Assembly: GCA_951406725.2 (NCBI GenBank)
Contig: OX597832.1
Location: forward strand, 39,990,001 to 40,054,000
Direction: 5' to 3'
Length of the DNA: 64,000 bases
From: Octopus vulgaris
Lineage: Eukaryota
Below, in pieces: positions 60,550 to 64,000 of the stretch. The notes beneath the pieces are model-generated. The model saw only the letters and a program-made list of their open reading frames with translations. It did not search any database and was not told the origin of the DNA. The position numbers were made by a program, and so were the translations under genes. Within the stretch, counting starts at the first letter, position 1; each line of letters starts with the position of its first letter.

Positions 60550-61245
60550 ACGGATCTCGAAGAATCTAGACGCCTGCTGCAGTCATATGAATTTATCTCA
60601 ATTTGAAAAGTGTTGTTACTGGAGGTGGTGACGGAAATGGGGTGGACGAGATTTGAGCGAGACTTGAGCGAGACTTCAACGACAGTCGCACCGCCACCGG
60701 CGCCATTTTGCACGCGCACACACACACACACATATATGCATATACACACACACACACTCATATATATGTGTGTGTGTGTGTGCTTGCAAATGCACATTTT
60801 ATATATATATATATATACATATATATACACACACATACACATATTAGAATATACAAAACGAGTGAGTGAGAAAGAGATAGAGAAAGCGAAAGAAAGACGC
60901 AGAGAGAGCGAGAGAGTGAGTGACAGAAAGGGAGGTATACCCAGTGAGGGAGGGAGTGAGTGAGAGAGAGAGAGAGGGATACCCTCAAAGAGAGAGTGGG
61001 TGAAAGGAATACCCCCACACATAGAGAGTGAGTGAGTGAAAGACAGATAGATAGATAGATAGGTAGATAGAGAGAGTGAGAGTGAATTAGCCGAAGAGAC
61101 AGAGAGTGTGTGGAACAGAGCTCGAGTCGGCGGTGCACCTTTGCCAGCCTTGCAGTTGTCATGTCTCACCTGAGGTAGACAGGAATTAATCGCCAGAGAC
61201 GGACATAAAAGAGAGGAGGATAGTGTGTTGTGTGGGAGCGCCAAA
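60550..61245. promoter_or_regulatory. CpG-enriched, non-repeat patch; candidate promoter or first exon of an unidentified gene
   Basis: Many CpGs; YY1-like CAAAATGGCG (minus, about 60701-60710); GAGA tracts; donor-like CAG|GTGAGA on minus at 61170. Confidence 0.4.
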
Positions 61246-61283
<38 letters not shown>

Positions 61284-62082
61284 CAGATATATATATTTAG
61301 TAACTTTATATATATACATATATATATACTGAGAAACTTTATATATATATATATATATTCCCACACAGACCCTAATTAGCCTTAAGCAAACCTTGGATAT
61401 ATTATATATATATATATATAATTGATATATATATATATCAGTCCCTTTATCTCAGACACATCGCAGTGTAAGTAAAAAATTCTTCACTTGATTTAGATAT
61501 TGTAAAGCAAAAATCAAGGGGTCAGAATAATAATAATAATAAACCCCTTTCTTTATTGTTTATTTTCTGATTGCTTAATTAACTTGATTTGTTTTGCTAA
61601 ACTTATTGAACTGCATAAATTCTGTTTACTTTTTTTCTTTTTACACACACTCAACTAAAACTAATGAAAAGGAAACTACAGAGTGAACATTTTAAAAGAA
61701 AAGTAAATTAATATATCTAAGCCAACAAGGAAATTATTTTAAAGAGTCTCTGGCTCTTATCCCTCCCTCTTTTTTTGTTTTGTTAATTTCACTTAATTAC
61801 ATGTACCCGACCTCACTCATTATATATAGATACATATACGCACCTTATATTTGCTCAAACTCGTACGAAATGAAATATTTACATCTTTCTATGGGGAAAC
61901 GAATATACGCTCACATATATATATATATACCGAATTCACTTATAAACTTATGTATAAATACACACATACATACATATGAACTCACATTATCTTATGTGTG
62001 TGCCCACGTAAAAAAACAAACTATATGGACACATACATCCATCATAAATTTACGTATACACACACAATGAAACATGTGTGCA

Positions 62083-62130
<48 letters not shown>

Positions 62131-62239
62131 ATCATATGTATATATATATATATGAGAACATACACAGTCATATATATATATATATGAGAACATTATATAT
62201 ATATATATATATACACACATATATGGGAACATACACAGT

Positions 62240-62291
<52 letters not shown>

Positions 62292-64000
62292 AATATACAT
62301 AATCACACACAGTCCCACATACTCCAAAGCATGCACATATACACACAAACACGCACTGCACACAAAGCAATTATAAAACAAAGTTTGAATATTTTGATAG
62401 ATTCATTGTTTTGTTTTATATATCGTTGCTTTTCCTCTCAATAGATTTATTATTATTTTATTATGACGATTATTATTATTATTATCAACAAAATTATTTA
62501 TTGTTTGTTTCTTGAAACTTCTGATTCTTTCTTCGCTTCTTCCTTCCTCGAATGTCTCGTCCCGTTCTTATCTTCGAAACAGAAGCACCACCTCCACCAT
62601 TCTTCAATCTTTGCTATGGGTGATAGTTGTTATTTAGTCCCCCAGTCAGCTCTGCTTGGAACATTTGATCAGAAGTATTTCAGCCGTGACCATCCCGTCT
62701 TTTTTGGGGGCTATTTAGTCTACATTGCTCTGTCTCTCTCTCTAAGACGGTTGGATGTGATTCGAAGGTTTTGCTTCCCCTTGTTGGGTGGTGGTTGACA
62801 TAGTTGGTGTGGTTATTTAGCACCAGGTCAGTCCTGCTCGATCAGGCATATTAATCAAAGACATTCAAATCGTGACCACTACGTTTTTTTATCCAGATAA
62901 ACTGTATCTAGGGATATGTTCTTATTTCTAAAACGATAGAGTATGATCTGAAGATAATATGGTATCTATAAGCTGGTCGAGCGACTGTAGAGATGATGCT
63001 TTAATTAAACTCATGTAACACAGATAAAGGAGTTTTCATGAGGCTCGAAATATTTGTGAAATGAAATAAAAGGCTTTAAGTAAGGATTGAAACCTCGTCA
63101 CGAGTTTGCTTGGTGGTAATTTGCTATACATTATATCATACCCTCAATTTATGATAATTGATTTCTTACAACACGGAAGGGGAAGTGGGGATGTTGTGGC
63201 GGTCAAGCTTTTCCTTCTGGACAGCTTTAGCCTTGTGTGTATGTGTGAAATAAAATAATCTTCGGAATGAAATGAAAACTGGGTCGCGGTTTCGACTCAC
63301 TAGATTTATTTTTTTCTTCTTGCTTATGCGGCATTCGAATTATAATTTTTCAAGTTAAGATTGTTGTTGCTATTTAGCACCAGATTGGCTTTGATTGAGC
63401 AGATTCTTTGGCCAGACATGTTTCTAGCCGTCAACATCTTGTCTTTTCTTTTTTTTTTAAACCTATAGACCACATCCTCCAGTTGGTTTTTTTGTTCTCT
63501 CTTTTAACAGAGTAGAGTGACTGCTTCTCTTTATCGGTTTTGGTACTACTACTACAATTCTTTCGGCTTCTCTTGACCAGTTTCAAATTGAATCTCTTTT
63601 GTAGCTTTGTCACTTAACGCCATTCGGAATCTCTTTTGCAAGGAGGACACTTATGAAGAGGGTTCTGAGGGGATCGGATGTAAAAAAAAACAACTGGAAG
63701 TTGTAACATTCATACATCTCTGTTAAGACATTAAACAAACCGAGAGTAACTGAAAGTGCTTTCAACTGTTTGTGTGAATCGAGTCAGTTCGGGGTTTCTT
63801 TGTGTTTGTTTCTCGATATTCAGACAAGTTGCCAGGATATGGAGCCAATTAGGGAACCTCGAGATGTACCTGATCGCTCACCTGCTTGAAATAATTGCTA
63901 AATTTCCTATAAACAATATCCTACGGTCTCCCTTTTTTAAAGGACACATTAGATATTGATTTAGTTCGAGATAATAATAATAATAATAATGGTTTAAAAT

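Noticed and set aside
60393-61364. 323-aa minus-strand ORF
   Set aside because: Mostly TA, CA and GA repeat translation with no recognisable domain.

Overview
AT-rich, microsatellite- and transposon-dense eukaryotic DNA. The SINE/RTE families and repeat content suggest a coleoid cephalopod, probably Octopus (inference). One protein-coding gene is clear: the 5' part of gamma-tubulin complex component 3 (TUBGCP3/GCP3) on the minus strand. Twelve GT-AG exons were reconstructed by hand, from the ATG at 25701 down to 963 (1135 nt, about 378 codons, all splice phases consistent), and the gene continues past the left edge. Almost all long ORFs in the supplied track are microsatellite or repeat artefacts. 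The rest is a mosaic of tRNA-derived SINEs, RTE LINE 3' ends with (GAT)n tails, mariner/maT, hAT, piggyBac-type, MULE and Helitron remnants, and probable Penelope-like fragments. The most interesting observations are: several hammerhead-ribozyme motifs, including one in sense orientation in a TUBGCP3 intron next to its own antisense copy; a 415-bp nested palindrome; a candidate 23-nt frameshifting micro-exon; a 5S-rRNA-headed SINE-like chimera; and a cryptic spliced minus-strand unit at 38-41 kb. No CRISPR or prokaryotic system is present.
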